DNA of 64,000 nucleotides from a virus (taxonomy: Duplodnaviria > Caudoviricetes). The stretch lies in the IMG/VR virus record IMGVR_UViG_3300027974_001530; one strand, 5' to 3'. A program made the translations under genes and the position numbers. Below are positions 1 to 10,071 of this stretch, piece by piece. The notes beneath the pieces are model-generated. The model was not told the DNA's origin. It saw nothing but the letters and a program-made list of their open reading frames with translations, and searched no databases. Position 1 is the first letter of the stretch, and each line of letters starts with the position of its first letter.

Positions 1-364
1 GTGTTGTTGTACTAAACCCTGTAATTGTAAATGTACCACCTGTATTGTTTGTAAACGTGGTACTCCCATTAGTGTATGTTCCTCCTGTAACAAATATATC
101 TTTAGGTAAATTTTGATATGTTGTTGCGGATATTGTGTTTGCGGTTAATCCATTTGTAAATGTTGTTGATCCTGTTACACTCCCTCCACTTAATGGTAGA
201 AAATAATTATAAGAATCAATTATTATGAAATTTTTAAAGTCGTCTATTTTTGTGTTACTTGTTGTTCCGGTTGGGCTCAAATAGTTAACAAACACAAACA
301 AATCATTTGGTGTATAACCTGTATTACCCACATATGGAAATTGAGATATTTTAACGTCTGACAT
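1..364 (-). CDS. Thr/Gly-rich tail-fibre-like virion protein, 5' part only (runs off the window)
   Basis: ATG at 364 opens MSDVKISQFPYVGNTGYTPNDLFVFVNY...LPLSGGSVTGSTTFTNGLTANTISATTY..., open to the window edge; 'LPLSGG.VTG' is typical of phage fibre proteins; TATTTAT motif at 381-387. Not in the ORF track. Confidence 0.75.
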   Translation of the reverse strand, partial: MSDVKISQFPYVGNTGYTPNDLFVFVNYLSPTGTTSNTKIDDFKNFIIIDSYNYFLPLSGGSVTGSTTFTNGLTANTISATTYQNLPKDIFVTGGTYTNGSTTFTNNTGGTFTITGFSTTT

Positions 365-389
365 TTTTTATTTTTTAATTATAAATAGT

Positions 390-1136
390 TTATTCTGCAA
401 TTATGTACTGACTTATTTCTGAAAGTATCCTATTCCCATCTTCACCGGTTATATAAAATATAAATGTAGGTGTTGTTGGTGTAGGTGTTGGTGTTGGAGT
501 ATTAGTTCCTGTTGGTGTAGGTGTTGGAGTATTAGTTCCTGTTGGTGTAGGTGTTGGAGTATTAGTTCCTGTTGGTGTAGGTGTTGGGGTATTAGTTCCT
601 GTTGGTGTAGGTGTTGGGGTATTAGTTCCTGTTGGTGTAGGTGTTGGGGTACATCCACAAGGGTTTGTACAAGTTTGTGTTGGTTTAGGTGGTTTAACTG
701 TTGGTGTTGGTGTTGGGTCACCACACCCACAAGGATTAGTACAAGTCGCACTTGGTGTAGGTGTTATTGTTGGAGTTAAACTTATTGTTGGCGTTACCGT
801 AGGTGTTGGTGTTGGTACTTTACAAGGATCCAAAGTCGTTGTTGGAGTGTTAGTAGGTGTTGGTGTTGGTGTTTGAGTTCTTGTTGGAGTAATCGTCGGT
901 GTTGGTGTTGGTGTAACTCTAGGAACATTAAGTATGTTAACACATTTACTTCCATCCACTAATATTGTGTATGTTCCATATACTTCTCTTGGTGGGTTTA
1001 AAGAAGCCGGGAAAAATATAAACGGTAGAGTTATTGGACCCAAATTAATTGTAACCAAATCGTTATCGGGTTTGAAAAGTACTGTGACACTTTCCCCAAT
1101 AAAATTAATACTTTCTATTGTAATACTTGTACTCAT
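390..1136 (-). CDS. Pro/Thr-repeat (mucin-like) putative virion protein
   Basis: 248 aa; long (TP)n tracts, [10 protein letters not shown] repeats and CTNPCGC motifs; abuts the upstream gene (TAA/ATG overlap at 1136). Confidence 0.75.
   Translation of the reverse strand: MSTSITIESINFIGESVTVLFKPDNDLVTINLGPITLPFIFFPASLNPPREVYGTYTILVDGSKCVNILNVPRVTPTPTPTITPTRTQTPTPTPTNTPTTTLDPCKVPTPTPTVTPTISLTPTITPTPSATCTNPCGCGDPTPTPTVKPPKPTQTCTNPCGCTPTPTPTGTNTPTPTPTGTNTPTPTPTGTNTPTPTPTGTNTPTPTPTGTNTPTPTPTPTTPTFIFYITGEDGNRILSEISQYIIAE
481..650. repeat. 30-bp coding tandem repeat, ~5.7 copies
   Basis: gttggtgtaggtgttgg(a/g)gtattagttcct repeated head-to-tail; encodes [10 protein letters not shown] on the minus strand. 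Confidence 0.95.
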
Positions 1137-3991
1137 TAACTTCCTAATTCAATTGCCAAACAGATTTCTCCATTTTCTTTTATTAACCTTGACATATCAT
1201 TAAACGAAATAAATGCATGTCCACCATTACCCCAAGATTTACCCCAACTGTTTTTTATTCTAAATTGTTTTGTTTTTGTGTCAACACCATTTATTAAGTA
1301 GGCATGACCACCAACCATCTGTCCACTAATTTTAATTAACCCAGTTTTATTAGGATAAAACATTCCATTATACCAATTAGTCCCAACAACCACAGGACCT
1401 AATTTTAAAATTGTTTCAGACAATGTTTGTACATCAAACGCCCAATAGTATGATTTTACTTTACCAATATTTTTAAGATATTTTACCGCCCCTCTAACTG
1501 ATGTTCCGTCATAGTTTTCACCATACCACTCATCTAATTTTTGTGCGTTTTTATATATATCAAAAGGTTTTATTATCGGTGGTATTCCCGATTGTTGTAT
1601 AGGACCATCTTCTAACCAATGTGACCACGAATACCCAACACATTGAGGTGTGTTTCCTTGATCTCCCCACCACCCATTGGCATCCCAATACCTTTGAGTT
1701 AAAACTTTTGGTGGTGTTGATATTTGTTGGAGTGTTCGTTGGTTGTTTTTTATAAGATAATTTAAATCTCTTTTGTCCTCAATATAAACCCTACCTAAAC
1801 TATGTGGTAAAGAATTTATTGTTGTTGTGCTTGTAACAACATTATTTATCTGATATGTTAAATCATTTGTCTTACAAAATTTAGTATCACAATCAGGACA
1901 ATCAGGATCAAATAAAATAAATTTATCTTTTAATAATTTAAAATTATGTTTGATCTCATCAGATTCTAACGGTTCAATATAAAATCTGAATTGAGATATC
2001 CCCCCATCAAAAGTTCCCCCGAAATTTTGTTCAAGTAATATGTTAGTACTTAACCCTGATAAAGTAGTACCACTTAATATATTATTAGGTAAACATTCTG
2101 GATCTTGTATGTAATTTGATGTTAACGCAGAACAAGATGAAAAAGTTAAATTTTCATGTAATCCTTGTGTTCCACCACCCCAAGAGATATTAAAAGGAAC
2201 CCCTATTTGTTTTTCTTTATCGGTAAACAAACCTCTTGGTATTACTTCTTCAAAGTCCTCTATTGTATATATTTTTTTACCGTTAACATAAATCTTTAAT
2301 CTTCCTAATCTATATTTTTTTTCATCTAACCAAGTTTCATTTAAGTTAACTAATTCTATTAATTCTCCGCTTTTATTGTTATGGGTTAAAGGAGGCCTTA
2401 TTAATTCAACACTGTTGTTTGCCAAGGATTCCAAGTATTCAAATTTAGTAATGTCAAACAAACCTCCATAAAATTTTAAATCACAGAAATCAAACCATGA
2501 ATATCTTTCCCAAGTTACATTAACTAAAAACCAATGCTCTTCATTTAAGAAATCAGGGTTAACAATTTCACAATAAGGATAAATTGGTGGTGAACAATAT
2601 TCATCAATAGTATATCCTGTAACATATGTTTTACCCGTTACACAAGTTCCCGTTGTTTCACAACCACCAGTAAACCTTAATACCTTTACACCAATCTGTG
2701 GGTTTTTTACATCACCACAAAGTTTAAACGATATGTTATTTGACATAACATCAAACAATGGATCGGTCTCACATGTGTACTCAATAGAAGTAAAACCCGT
2801 TGGTCCACAAGTTGTACACTCATCGCACGTTTCACATTTAGTACAGGTTGGTGTACATACCGGTGTTTGTGTTTCACATGATGGAGTTGGTGTTGGTGTT
2901 GGTGACGGGGTAGGTGTTGGTAAAATTACTGTTTCACAATTATGTATTTGGCATTCCCACCCACAAGTTTCACATGAACTTTCATTACAACCACAACCAC
3001 ATGTTAGTGAGATTTTTTTGTCTCCACCACAAAGTGGACATCCATAATTTAAATGTGGATCATGTTGGTTATTATAAGATCTTGGTGGGTAAACATAAAC
3101 ACATCTACTATCCGTAACTGTTCTATCACAACAAGCACATGTTGACGGACAACCACTTAATGAATTAGTAACTCTTGTATAACCAGTTAAACAATTTGGG
3201 TGTCCATCGGCATGATGGTAAAATTTATTTTCGGCTCTTGTACCAAAATAAAAAAACGTATTTTTATTTTTTGGGTACATCTCATTAAGAGTTGTTTCAG
3301 TAGGTAATGGATTGTATTCATTAACAAATCTAGGTCTTAATAACATTTCTACCGACCAACCTTTAGAAGATCTTTCAGGTAAAACCTCATAATCAAATCC
3401 AAATAGTTTGTAAAATCCTTGGTAGAAACCACCGTACAATTCATGGTACTTACCAAACTGAGGATCGTTTTTACTTACAACCTCATAAAGAGTGTCTTTT
3501 GTAATTCCTGAAAATTTATTATTACTTTGGGTGTATCCCGTTACTTGGAATAATTTAATTCTTCTATCAAAATGTAATCTGTCAAATTTTAAAAAATCAT
3601 TATATAATCCTTTTGTATAATTTAAGGTCTCCCCCGTCATTTTATCAACCAAACCATTATCTATACCTGTTAAACCTACATCACATAATGTTGATGATGA
3701 AAAACAAGTTAGATCTTCATTGTTTGGGTTATAGTAATTTTGAGAAACAAAAACATTATTAGAATTAAAATTTTTATAATTTAATATTAATCCTTGAGAT
3801 GTTAATGGATTATTAATATCAATATTAATTGGTAATTTATTACCGTAGGTTTCCGCAATAAGGTATGGAGAAAAAATAACTTCCTCGTTATAATCTCTTT
3901 CATCTGACGACAATGACATATCCATTGACTCATTAACGGTGTTTATTTTATATTTTTGAAACACATATTGATTAATATTTTGTCCCGCCAT
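1136..3991 (-). CDS. Large Cys-rich putative virion protein with a C-terminal papain-like (C1) cysteine peptidase domain
   Basis: C-terminal ~220 aa show [11 protein letters not shown] (oxyanion Q, catalytic C), GGHAY (H) and KNSWG.SWG (N); central Cys-rich and PT-linker segments; TATTTAT at 4004-4010. Confidence 0.8.
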   Translation of the reverse strand: MAGQNINQYVFQKYKINTVNESMDMSLSSDERDYNEEVIFSPYLIAETYGNKLPINIDINNPLTSQGLILNYKNFNSNNVFVSQNYYNPNNEDLTCFSSSTLCDVGLTGIDNGLVDKMTGETLNYTKGLYNDFLKFDRLHFDRRIKLFQVTGYTQSNNKFSGITKDTLYEVVSKNDPQFGKYHELYGGFYQGFYKLFGFDYEVLPERSSKGWSVEMLLRPRFVNEYNPLPTETTLNEMYPKNKNTFFYFGTRAENKFYHHADGHPNCLTGYTRVTNSLSGCPSTCACCDRTVTDSRCVYVYPPRSYNNQHDPHLNYGCPLCGGDKKISLTCGCGCNESSCETCGWECQIHNCETVILPTPTPSPTPTPTPSCETQTPVCTPTCTKCETCDECTTCGPTGFTSIEYTCETDPLFDVMSNNISFKLCGDVKNPQIGVKVLRFTGGCETTGTCVTGKTYVTGYTIDEYCSPPIYPYCEIVNPDFLNEEHWFLVNVTWERYSWFDFCDLKFYGGLFDITKFEYLESLANNSVELIRPPLTHNNKSGELIELVNLNETWLDEKKYRLGRLKIYVNGKKIYTIEDFEEVIPRGLFTDKEKQIGVPFNISWGGGTQGLHENLTFSSCSALTSNYIQDPECLPNNILSGTTLSGLSTNILLEQNFGGTFDGGISQFRFYIEPLESDEIKHNFKLLKDKFILFDPDCPDCDTKFCKTNDLTYQINNVVTSTTTINSLPHSLGRVYIEDKRDLNYLIKNNQRTLQQISTPPKVLTQRYWDANGWWGDQGNTPQCVGYSWSHWLEDGPIQQSGIPPIIKPFDIYKNAQKLDEWYGENYDGTSVRGAVKYLKNIGKVKSYYWAFDVQTLSETILKLGPVVVGTNWYNGMFYPNKTGLIKISGQMVGGHAYLINGVDTKTKQFRIKNSWGKSWGNGGHAFISFNDMSRLIKENGEICLAIELGS

Positions 3992-4044
3992 TCTTTTTAT
4001 TTAATAAATACAACAGATCAAAGTATTTATATTAAAAACTGTAT

Positions 4045-5028
4045 ATGTCACATTCAAATAATTTGTTAAGTGAAGACAAACCAAAAAATACTGGTTCGGT
4101 TTTGGGTGCGTTAAAAAAATATAAAGATTTAGCAATTAGCGAAGTAAAAGAAACAAGATTACTTGTAAAAATACTTATTTCAACAACCAAAGACTATTTA
4201 AAAAATAAAGATTTTGATTTAAATGAAGAAGAGAAAAAATTTATTAAAGATCAATCTTCAGATATATTAAAATTAATACCTCTAATTGTTTTTCAGTTGG
4301 TCCCTGGATCATCAATTGCAACACCATTCATTGTTAAACTTGGTCAAAAGTTAGGGATTAAACTAACAAGTAAAGTTCCTGAAAAATATAAAGAAGTAAA
4401 AACCGATGGTGAAATTGACGAATTGGTTTCGTCCGACGGATCTCCAATTGGATCTAATGTTCCAATTTTAAAATTAAATCACCACCCAAGAAAAACAACG
4501 GATCAAACGGCAAGAATGTCCAGAGTAAGTCAATTTCCATTTGCAAGAATTTATTATGGTGAATCCGAAGAAGACAAACCTGTAATAGATGAAGAAGATA
4601 TAACAGGTACGTTTGGTGGTGAAGAAACAAAATATGATAAAACATATCCGGCATGTATGAAATCGATGAAAAACCTTGGAGTTGAAGAGTTTTTAGAAAG
4701 AGATGAGAGATGTAAAGTTTTTGGTTTTGATAAAAAATTAGATTTAGAATTAAAACAAGAAAAAAAACGAGGTAGATGTAAAAATTGTTATACAAAAAGA
4801 AGATTGTTCGAATTAGAAAAAGATAAGTTAGACACTTTAATTGATGAAATAGTTTTAAGTAAAAAATCAGATAGTGAAGATATTGTAAAAAAAGAAAAAC
4901 TTAAATCTGACGATGAGACGCCTATTTATAGAATTATAAAAAAAAATCTACAATCAATTAAAACAATTGCAGATAAAGAAGACATTAACTTAAATAAATT
5001 AATACAAATCTTAAAAAAAGGTGAATAA
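4045..5028 (+). CDS. Hypothetical late protein; N-terminal hydrophobic helical segment weakly resembling LETM1-like domains
   Basis: 327-aa ORF, TATTTAT at 4024-4030; segment DILKLIPLIVFQLVPGSSIATPFIVKL. Confidence 0.6.
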   Translation: MSHSNNLLSEDKPKNTGSVLGALKKYKDLAISEVKETRLLVKILISTTKDYLKNKDFDLNEEEKKFIKDQSSDILKLIPLIVFQLVPGSSIATPFIVKLGQKLGIKLTSKVPEKYKEVKTDGEIDELVSSDGSPIGSNVPILKLNHHPRKTTDQTARMSRVSQFPFARIYYGESEEDKPVIDEEDITGTFGGEETKYDKTYPACMKSMKNLGVEEFLERDERCKVFGFDKKLDLELKQEKKRGRCKNCYTKRRLFELEKDKLDTLIDEIVLSKKSDSEDIVKKEKLKSDDETPIYRIIKKNLQSIKTIADKEDINLNKLIQILKKGE

Positions 5029-5482
5029 AGATTTATATAATAAAATTATTGATGTACCAAAAGAAATGTTGGATCATTTAACAATTTGTTTTCAACAAGT
5101 CCCTAATTCTGATTCTTCTGTTGAGGGTCATAAAAGAAATGAGGAATTAAGGAGTTCTAAAAACGCAACTTTCCAACAGTTAGAAAGAATTGATAATTGG
5201 TTTAGATATTATAATGGAAACAAGGAAGATGCCCCGTACATACTAAATGGTGGTGATTTAATGAGAAATTGGGTAACAAACACAATAAAAGGTTTGAGAG
5301 ATACCGATAATTTTACAAAGACCATTAAAAATGATTACATGCCAGAGGACCCAATAGATAAGGATTTTCTTAAAGACTTGGGACCTTTAGCAAGTGAATT
5401 TGATGCGTCTGATATGACAGACAATTTAAAAATAAAAGAAACCCTAATTAGGATAAACGATTTAATAAAAAAAATAATTTAA
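5021..5482 (+). CDS. Hypothetical protein
   Basis: 153-aa ORF, tightly packed in the operon. Confidence 0.7.
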   Translation: MNKDLYNKIIDVPKEMLDHLTICFQQVPNSDSSVEGHKRNEELRSSKNATFQQLERIDNWFRYYNGNKEDAPYILNGGDLMRNWVTNTIKGLRDTDNFTKTIKNDYMPEDPIDKDFLKDLGPLASEFDASDMTDNLKIKETLIRINDLIKKII

Positions 5483-5483
5483 T

Positions 5484-5774
5484 ATGCCAACTTTAGAACC
5501 TTTAGATTTTAGTCAACCAAATAATTTGTTGTCTAAATATGCAGATCAAGAAAGAAAAAAACTAATACCTAAAAATGATTATAAGACCACAAACGAGTAT
5601 TCATCGACTAATAAAGATGCAATGAGTGATGGTGATGATAAAGGTAGAGGTACCGGTGTTTTCTTAGATACTGTAAATGGCGGAACAAAAACCGACCAAT
5701 TAGAAAGAAAATCAGAAATTGTTATTAACAAATATAAATCAGACAACCCATATCCTTACGCTTCGTTAACCTAA
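5484..5774 (+). CDS. Hypothetical protein
   Basis: 96-aa ORF, translationally coupled to both neighbours. Confidence 0.7.
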   Translation: MPTLEPLDFSQPNNLLSKYADQERKKLIPKNDYKTTNEYSSTNKDAMSDGDDKGRGTGVFLDTVNGGTKTDQLERKSEIVINKYKSDNPYPYASLT

Positions 5775-6157
5775 TGAAACTTTACAATTCATTTAAAGAC
5801 ATTATTGTTGAGGTAGCATCAATATCCTCAATAGTCGACGCAATCAAAAAAAAGCGTAGGGTGATTGTTTATTATGATGGTGATGAACCGGGAGGAAAAG
5901 GTTTAAGAATTATTGAACCTGTTTGTTTTGGGTATAGTAAATCCGGAAACCCTGTCTTAAGAGCATGGGATATGGAAGGAGCTTCACATAGGGGGTATAA
6001 AGGTAAAAAACCATTACCAAGCTGGAGATTATTTAGAGTAGATAAAATAATAGCATTAAAACCAACTATGGAGAAATTTAACGAACCTAGACCAAACTAT
6101 AACCCTAACGGAGATAAAAGTATGTCAAGAGTTGTTATTAATGCAATTTTTGATTAA
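5774..6157 (+). CDS. Stand-alone WYL-domain protein
   Basis: Pattern 'VIVYYDG...R.IEPVCFG.......LRAWD......WRLFRVDKI.AL' matches the WYL domain signature; no HTH domain. Confidence 0.75.
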   Translation: MKLYNSFKDIIVEVASISSIVDAIKKKRRVIVYYDGDEPGGKGLRIIEPVCFGYSKSGNPVLRAWDMEGASHRGYKGKKPLPSWRLFRVDKIIALKPTMEKFNEPRPNYNPNGDKSMSRVVINAIFD

Positions 6158-6176
6158 TAAAAAAAATTTAAATAAT

Positions 6177-6782
6177 ATGAATTCAGAAGAAGCGTTATTA
6201 CAAAAACTACAGATATCAAAACAAATTATGCAAAAACATAATAATATGGGTAGAAACACAGTAACAGAATCTTTAGATAATAATATAAATGTTGATACGT
6301 ACGAACCTGTAAAAGGAACTTACAACATACCTCAAGAATATTTATCTGAAGACGCAGTAAAACAAAAAAAACAAAACCAATTTGATAATACGGAAGATAA
6401 AATTTTAAATTCTAGATTACCTGATGAAATTAAAAGATTGATGATTGAACACCCAATACAACAACCATCAGGACCTTTAAACAATTCCGTATTATCTGAT
6501 GACTTAGTTGAAAAGGCATCAAGACTTATGAATATTAATGCCAAAGGAGATAACATAGGGGAATCAAAAAAACAAAGTCCAACAATTCAAAATAAAGTAC
6601 CTCAGATAGGTCTTACCGCAAATGACATTAAAAACATAGTGAAAGAGACAGTTGAGGATGTTTTAAGAAGTAATGGATTATTAACCGAGTCAGAATCAAG
6701 TACTAATGATATTTTTAAATTTAGAGTTGGTCAACATATCTTTGAAGGTAAACTTTTAAAAGTTAAAAAGATTGCAAGATAA
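6177..6782 (+). CDS. Hypothetical protein (start re-called at ATG 6177)
   Basis: ORF track 6132..6782; ATG 6177 avoids the overlap and has an A-rich leader; followed by a terminator. Confidence 0.65.
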   Translation: MNSEEALLQKLQISKQIMQKHNNMGRNTVTESLDNNINVDTYEPVKGTYNIPQEYLSEDAVKQKKQNQFDNTEDKILNSRLPDEIKRLMIEHPIQQPSGPLNNSVLSDDLVEKASRLMNINAKGDNIGESKKQSPTIQNKVPQIGLTANDIKNIVKETVEDVLRSNGLLTESESSTNDIFKFRVGQHIFEGKLLKVKKIAR

Positions 6783-6806
6783 GTTTAAACTATAATAAAA
6801 ATTTTT

Positions 6807-6837
6807 AAATCCTCGTCTTTTAAGGTGGGGATTTTTT
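6807..6837 (+). terminator. Intrinsic terminator
   Basis: aaatcctcgtc-tttt-aaggtggggatttttt: hairpin plus T tract after the stop at 6782. Confidence 0.7.
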
Positions 6838-6875
6838 ATTGTCTTTTAGGTTGATATTTCCATAATATTTAGATA

Positions 6876-6883
6876 TATTTTTG
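6876..6883 (+). promoter_or_regulatory. Bacteroidota-type -7 promoter element (TAnnTTTG)
   Basis: TATTTTTG immediately before ATG 6886; TTG at 6851; unusually close to the start codon. Confidence 0.45.
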
Positions 6884-6885
6884 TT

Positions 6886-8103
6886 ATGGAAAAAATTAAC
6901 GTATTAGTATTACCTTCAGATCAATCAGGTGTTGGTAAATATAGATCTATAGATCCACATGTTAAATTACAAAACATGTACCCTGAAGAATTTCATATTG
7001 ATATTGATTATCAACCAAACGTTGATGACATCAACTATTTTAAAAAATACCAAATTGTTCATTTTCATAGAAGTATTGGGCAAGATTATGAGAAATCTTT
7101 ATCTTTAATAAATAAATTAAAATCAGAAGGAATTATTGTTGTTGGGGATATTGATGATTATTGGTTACCAACAAAGGAACATCCAATACAACAACTTATC
7201 TTGGCAAATAAGATACATGAAAAAATAGTTCAAAATCTTAAAGCCGCCTCATACGTAACAACAACCACTGAAATTTTTGCTAATGAGATTAGAAAATTTA
7301 ATAAAAATGTTATTGTGTTACCAAACGCAATAGACCCACAGGATCCTCAATACAATGAGGAAACATTACCTTCAGATAAAATAAGAGTAGGTTGGTTAGG
7401 GGGATCCTCTCACTTACATGATTTAAAATTATTAGATGGGACGGTTAGCAAATTATCCCAAATACAAGATAAATTACAATTTTATGTTTGTGGTTTTGAC
7501 ACAAGAGGTATGGTTACCGAAATAAATAAACAAACAGGAGAAAAGAAACAAAGACCAATCAACCCTGAAGAAACTGTATGGGTTAAGTACGAAGAAATTT
7601 TTACTAATAACTACAAAATAGTTTCACCAAAATACAAAGAGTTTTTAAATAAATTTACGGATGAAACCTATTTTGGGTCTTTAAATAACGAGAACTATGT
7701 AAGAGTATGGACAAAACCTGTAACGTCATATGCTAAAAATTATTCTAAATTTGACATATCGTTATCACCAATTCAAAATCATATCTTTAATAGAATGAAG
7801 TCTCAATTGAAAGTTATTGAGGCAGGATTTTATAAGAAAGCTTTAATTGCATCAAATGTTGGTCCATACACGATTGATTTAAAACACGCTTTACATCAAG
7901 GTAAATTTACCGATGGTAACGCTTTATTGGTTAACGAAAATAATAACCATAGTGATTGGGCAAAAAATATTAAAAAGTTGGTCGACAATCCAAGTATGAT
8001 TGTTGATCTTGGAGAAAGACTTTATGAAACCGTAAAAGACAAATATGACCTTAATAACGTTACTCGCGAAAGATATCAATTTTATAAATCTTTAATTAAA
8101 TAA
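6886..8103 (+). CDS. GT-B fold glycosyltransferase (GT4-like)
   Basis: SGVGKYR..DP N-terminus, DIDDYW, 'RVGWLGGSSHLHDL', and 'KSQLKVIEAG...KALIASNVGPY' donor-binding motif. Confidence 0.85.
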   Translation: MEKINVLVLPSDQSGVGKYRSIDPHVKLQNMYPEEFHIDIDYQPNVDDINYFKKYQIVHFHRSIGQDYEKSLSLINKLKSEGIIVVGDIDDYWLPTKEHPIQQLILANKIHEKIVQNLKAASYVTTTTEIFANEIRKFNKNVIVLPNAIDPQDPQYNEETLPSDKIRVGWLGGSSHLHDLKLLDGTVSKLSQIQDKLQFYVCGFDTRGMVTEINKQTGEKKQRPINPEETVWVKYEEIFTNNYKIVSPKYKEFLNKFTDETYFGSLNNENYVRVWTKPVTSYAKNYSKFDISLSPIQNHIFNRMKSQLKVIEAGFYKKALIASNVGPYTIDLKHALHQGKFTDGNALLVNENNNHSDWAKNIKKLVDNPSMIVDLGERLYETVKDKYDLNNVTRERYQFYKSLIK

Positions 8104-8105
8104 TA

Positions 8106-8747
8106 ATGACAAATATTAATATAACTGAAATTTCGTTAAACATAGTTAATGAAATTATAAAAAATATGGAAAGACATACTTTTCACAATCATTTTCATAT
8201 TCTTTATGATTTATGTGAGAATATTGATAAAGATAATATCACATACATGGAAATAGGAACTTTTGCGGGAGGATCCGCATCTTTAATGTCTAAAAACCAA
8301 AAAGTTAAAAAAATAATCAGCGTCGACATAGGATACCCAATAAAAAAAGAAATTCCAATAAAAAATGTTAACAACTTTAAACATGACAATTGCGAATATG
8401 ATTATATTGAGGGGGATTCTAAATCAGAAGAAACAATTAAAAAAGTTTACGATTTAATTAAAAATGTTGATATTTTATTTATTGATGGTGACCATAAATA
8501 TAATGCGGTCATAAAAGACTTTGAAAACTATAAAGATTTGGTTTTACCTGGAGGTTTCATAGTTTTTGACGACTACTTAGATGATGTTCATAGTCCTGGC
8601 GTTTATCCTGCGGTAAATGATATTGTAAATAATTTAGATAAAAATGAATACGAAATTATTGGTAGTTTAAATTATGATTTAATAAAAAAAACCAATAATC
8701 CAGATTTAAAAAGTAGTAATGAATTTATTATAAGAAAAATAGTATAA
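8106..8747 (+). CDS. Class I SAM-dependent methyltransferase (Methyltransf_24-like)
   Basis: MEIGTFAGGSA motif I; 'DILFIDGDHKYNAVIKDF...GGFIVFDDY'. Confidence 0.85.
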   Translation: MTNINITEISLNIVNEIIKNMERHTFHNHFHILYDLCENIDKDNITYMEIGTFAGGSASLMSKNQKVKKIISVDIGYPIKKEIPIKNVNNFKHDNCEYDYIEGDSKSEETIKKVYDLIKNVDILFIDGDHKYNAVIKDFENYKDLVLPGGFIVFDDYLDDVHSPGVYPAVNDIVNNLDKNEYEIIGSLNYDLIKKTNNPDLKSSNEFIIRKIV

Positions 8748-8749
8748 AG

Positions 8750-9451
8750 ATGATTAACGTACCTATAACAAAAATTTTATTCCTTGACATTGAAACTGTT
8801 GGAGGTTGTCCTGATTTAGAATCTTGCGAAAGATTTAGTCCTGAAATTGCAGAACAGTTTGAGAAATATTTTGATTGGTTTCAAAAAAGATTTCCAGAAG
8901 ATAATGGATTATCAATAGAAGAAGTTTTTAAAAAACGATCAGCATTAGTTCCTGAGTTTGCAAAAATTGTTTGTGTTTCTATGGCGTTTGTTATGGATAA
9001 CGGAGAAGTAAAAAAACAAACATTCTCAGGTGATGATGAAAAAGTTTTATTAACACAAGTGAGAAGTCTTCTCGATAGATGTCATAAATTAGATTTCTAT
9101 CTATGTGGTCATAACTTAAAGAATTTTGATATTCCTATGTTGGCAAAAAGAATGATAATAAACGGAATTTTACCGTCTAAGTTATTACCATCTTACGATA
9201 CGAAGCCTTGGGAGGTTAAAGCAATTGACACAAAAGAAATTTGGCAATATGGGTCTTACACGTCAATAGGTTCCTTAGATTTGGTTTGTTCCACAATGGG
9301 AATACCAACACCTAAAGACGGAGAAATAACAGGAGATAAAGTACATCACGCTTATTGGGTAGAACAAAAATTACCCCAAATTGCTGAGTATTGTGAAAAA
9401 GATGTTGATGTATTAGTTGAATTCATAAAACAATTAAAAGATTTAAAATAA
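8750..9451 (+). CDS. PolB-related stand-alone 3'-5' exonuclease (DEDDy)
   Basis: ExoI LDIET, ExoII GHNLKNFDIP, ExoIII YCEKDV. Confidence 0.85.
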   Translation: MINVPITKILFLDIETVGGCPDLESCERFSPEIAEQFEKYFDWFQKRFPEDNGLSIEEVFKKRSALVPEFAKIVCVSMAFVMDNGEVKKQTFSGDDEKVLLTQVRSLLDRCHKLDFYLCGHNLKNFDIPMLAKRMIINGILPSKLLPSYDTKPWEVKAIDTKEIWQYGSYTSIGSLDLVCSTMGIPTPKDGEITGDKVHHAYWVEQKLPQIAEYCEKDVDVLVEFIKQLKDLK

Positions 9452-10053
9452 TGGATAAAAATCAATTAAATAAAATATTATCACAAACTAAAGATCTTGA
9501 AAGTTTATTTAGTGAGAACGAAGTAAATGATGACTTAGAGTTAGAAGCTCTAATGAATGAGTATGGTATTGATCTTAATGAGCTGGAAAGGGTTTTTACC
9601 GAAGATGTCCCTAAAGTTCAAATGAAAATTAAATTAATTCACGGGGACGCAGTTTTACCTAAATTTGCATATGACACAGATTCTGGTGTGGATTTATATT
9701 CTGTAGATGAATTTGTAATACCATCTATGGGTAGACAACTAATCCCAACAGGAATTGTAATTGATGTTCCCGAAAATCATGAAATACAAATTAGATCTAA
9801 AAGTGGATTGGCATTAAACCAAGGGTTATTTGTTTTAAATTCGCCAGGAACTGTTGATCAAGGATATACAGGAGAAATAAAAGTAATATTATTTAACACA
9901 AATAAAGAAGACTTTATAGTAACAAAAGGAATGAAAATAGCTCAAGCGGTTTTATGTCCTGTTGTTTGTGGTAAATGGATTGACATTGTTAAAGTTTCTG
10001 AGGTTGAAAATAAAGATAGATCCGACAACGGGTTTGGGAGTACTGGTATATAA
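9451..10053 (+). CDS. dut: Trimeric dUTPase with an acidic N-terminal extension
   Basis: DSGVDL, IPTGI, RSKSGLA, NSPGTVDQGYTGEIKV, IAQAV and RSDNGFGSTG motifs. Confidence 0.95.
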   Translation: MDKNQLNKILSQTKDLESLFSENEVNDDLELEALMNEYGIDLNELERVFTEDVPKVQMKIKLIHGDAVLPKFAYDTDSGVDLYSVDEFVIPSMGRQLIPTGIVIDVPENHEIQIRSKSGLALNQGLFVLNSPGTVDQGYTGEIKVILFNTNKEDFIVTKGMKIAQAVLCPVVCGKWIDIVKVSEVENKDRSDNGFGSTGI

Positions 10054-10071
10054 AAATGAATTTAGAAAACT

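Noticed and set aside
481-650. 30-bp direct repeats as a CRISPR array
   Set aside because: Units are contiguous with no spacers, are a multiple of 3, lie in-frame in a coding gene, and there are no cas genes.
449-3117. ORF-track entries 449..751, 934..1203, 2733..3047 and 2914..3117
   Set aside because: Shadow or alternative-frame ORFs over longer genes, produced by repeat and codon bias.
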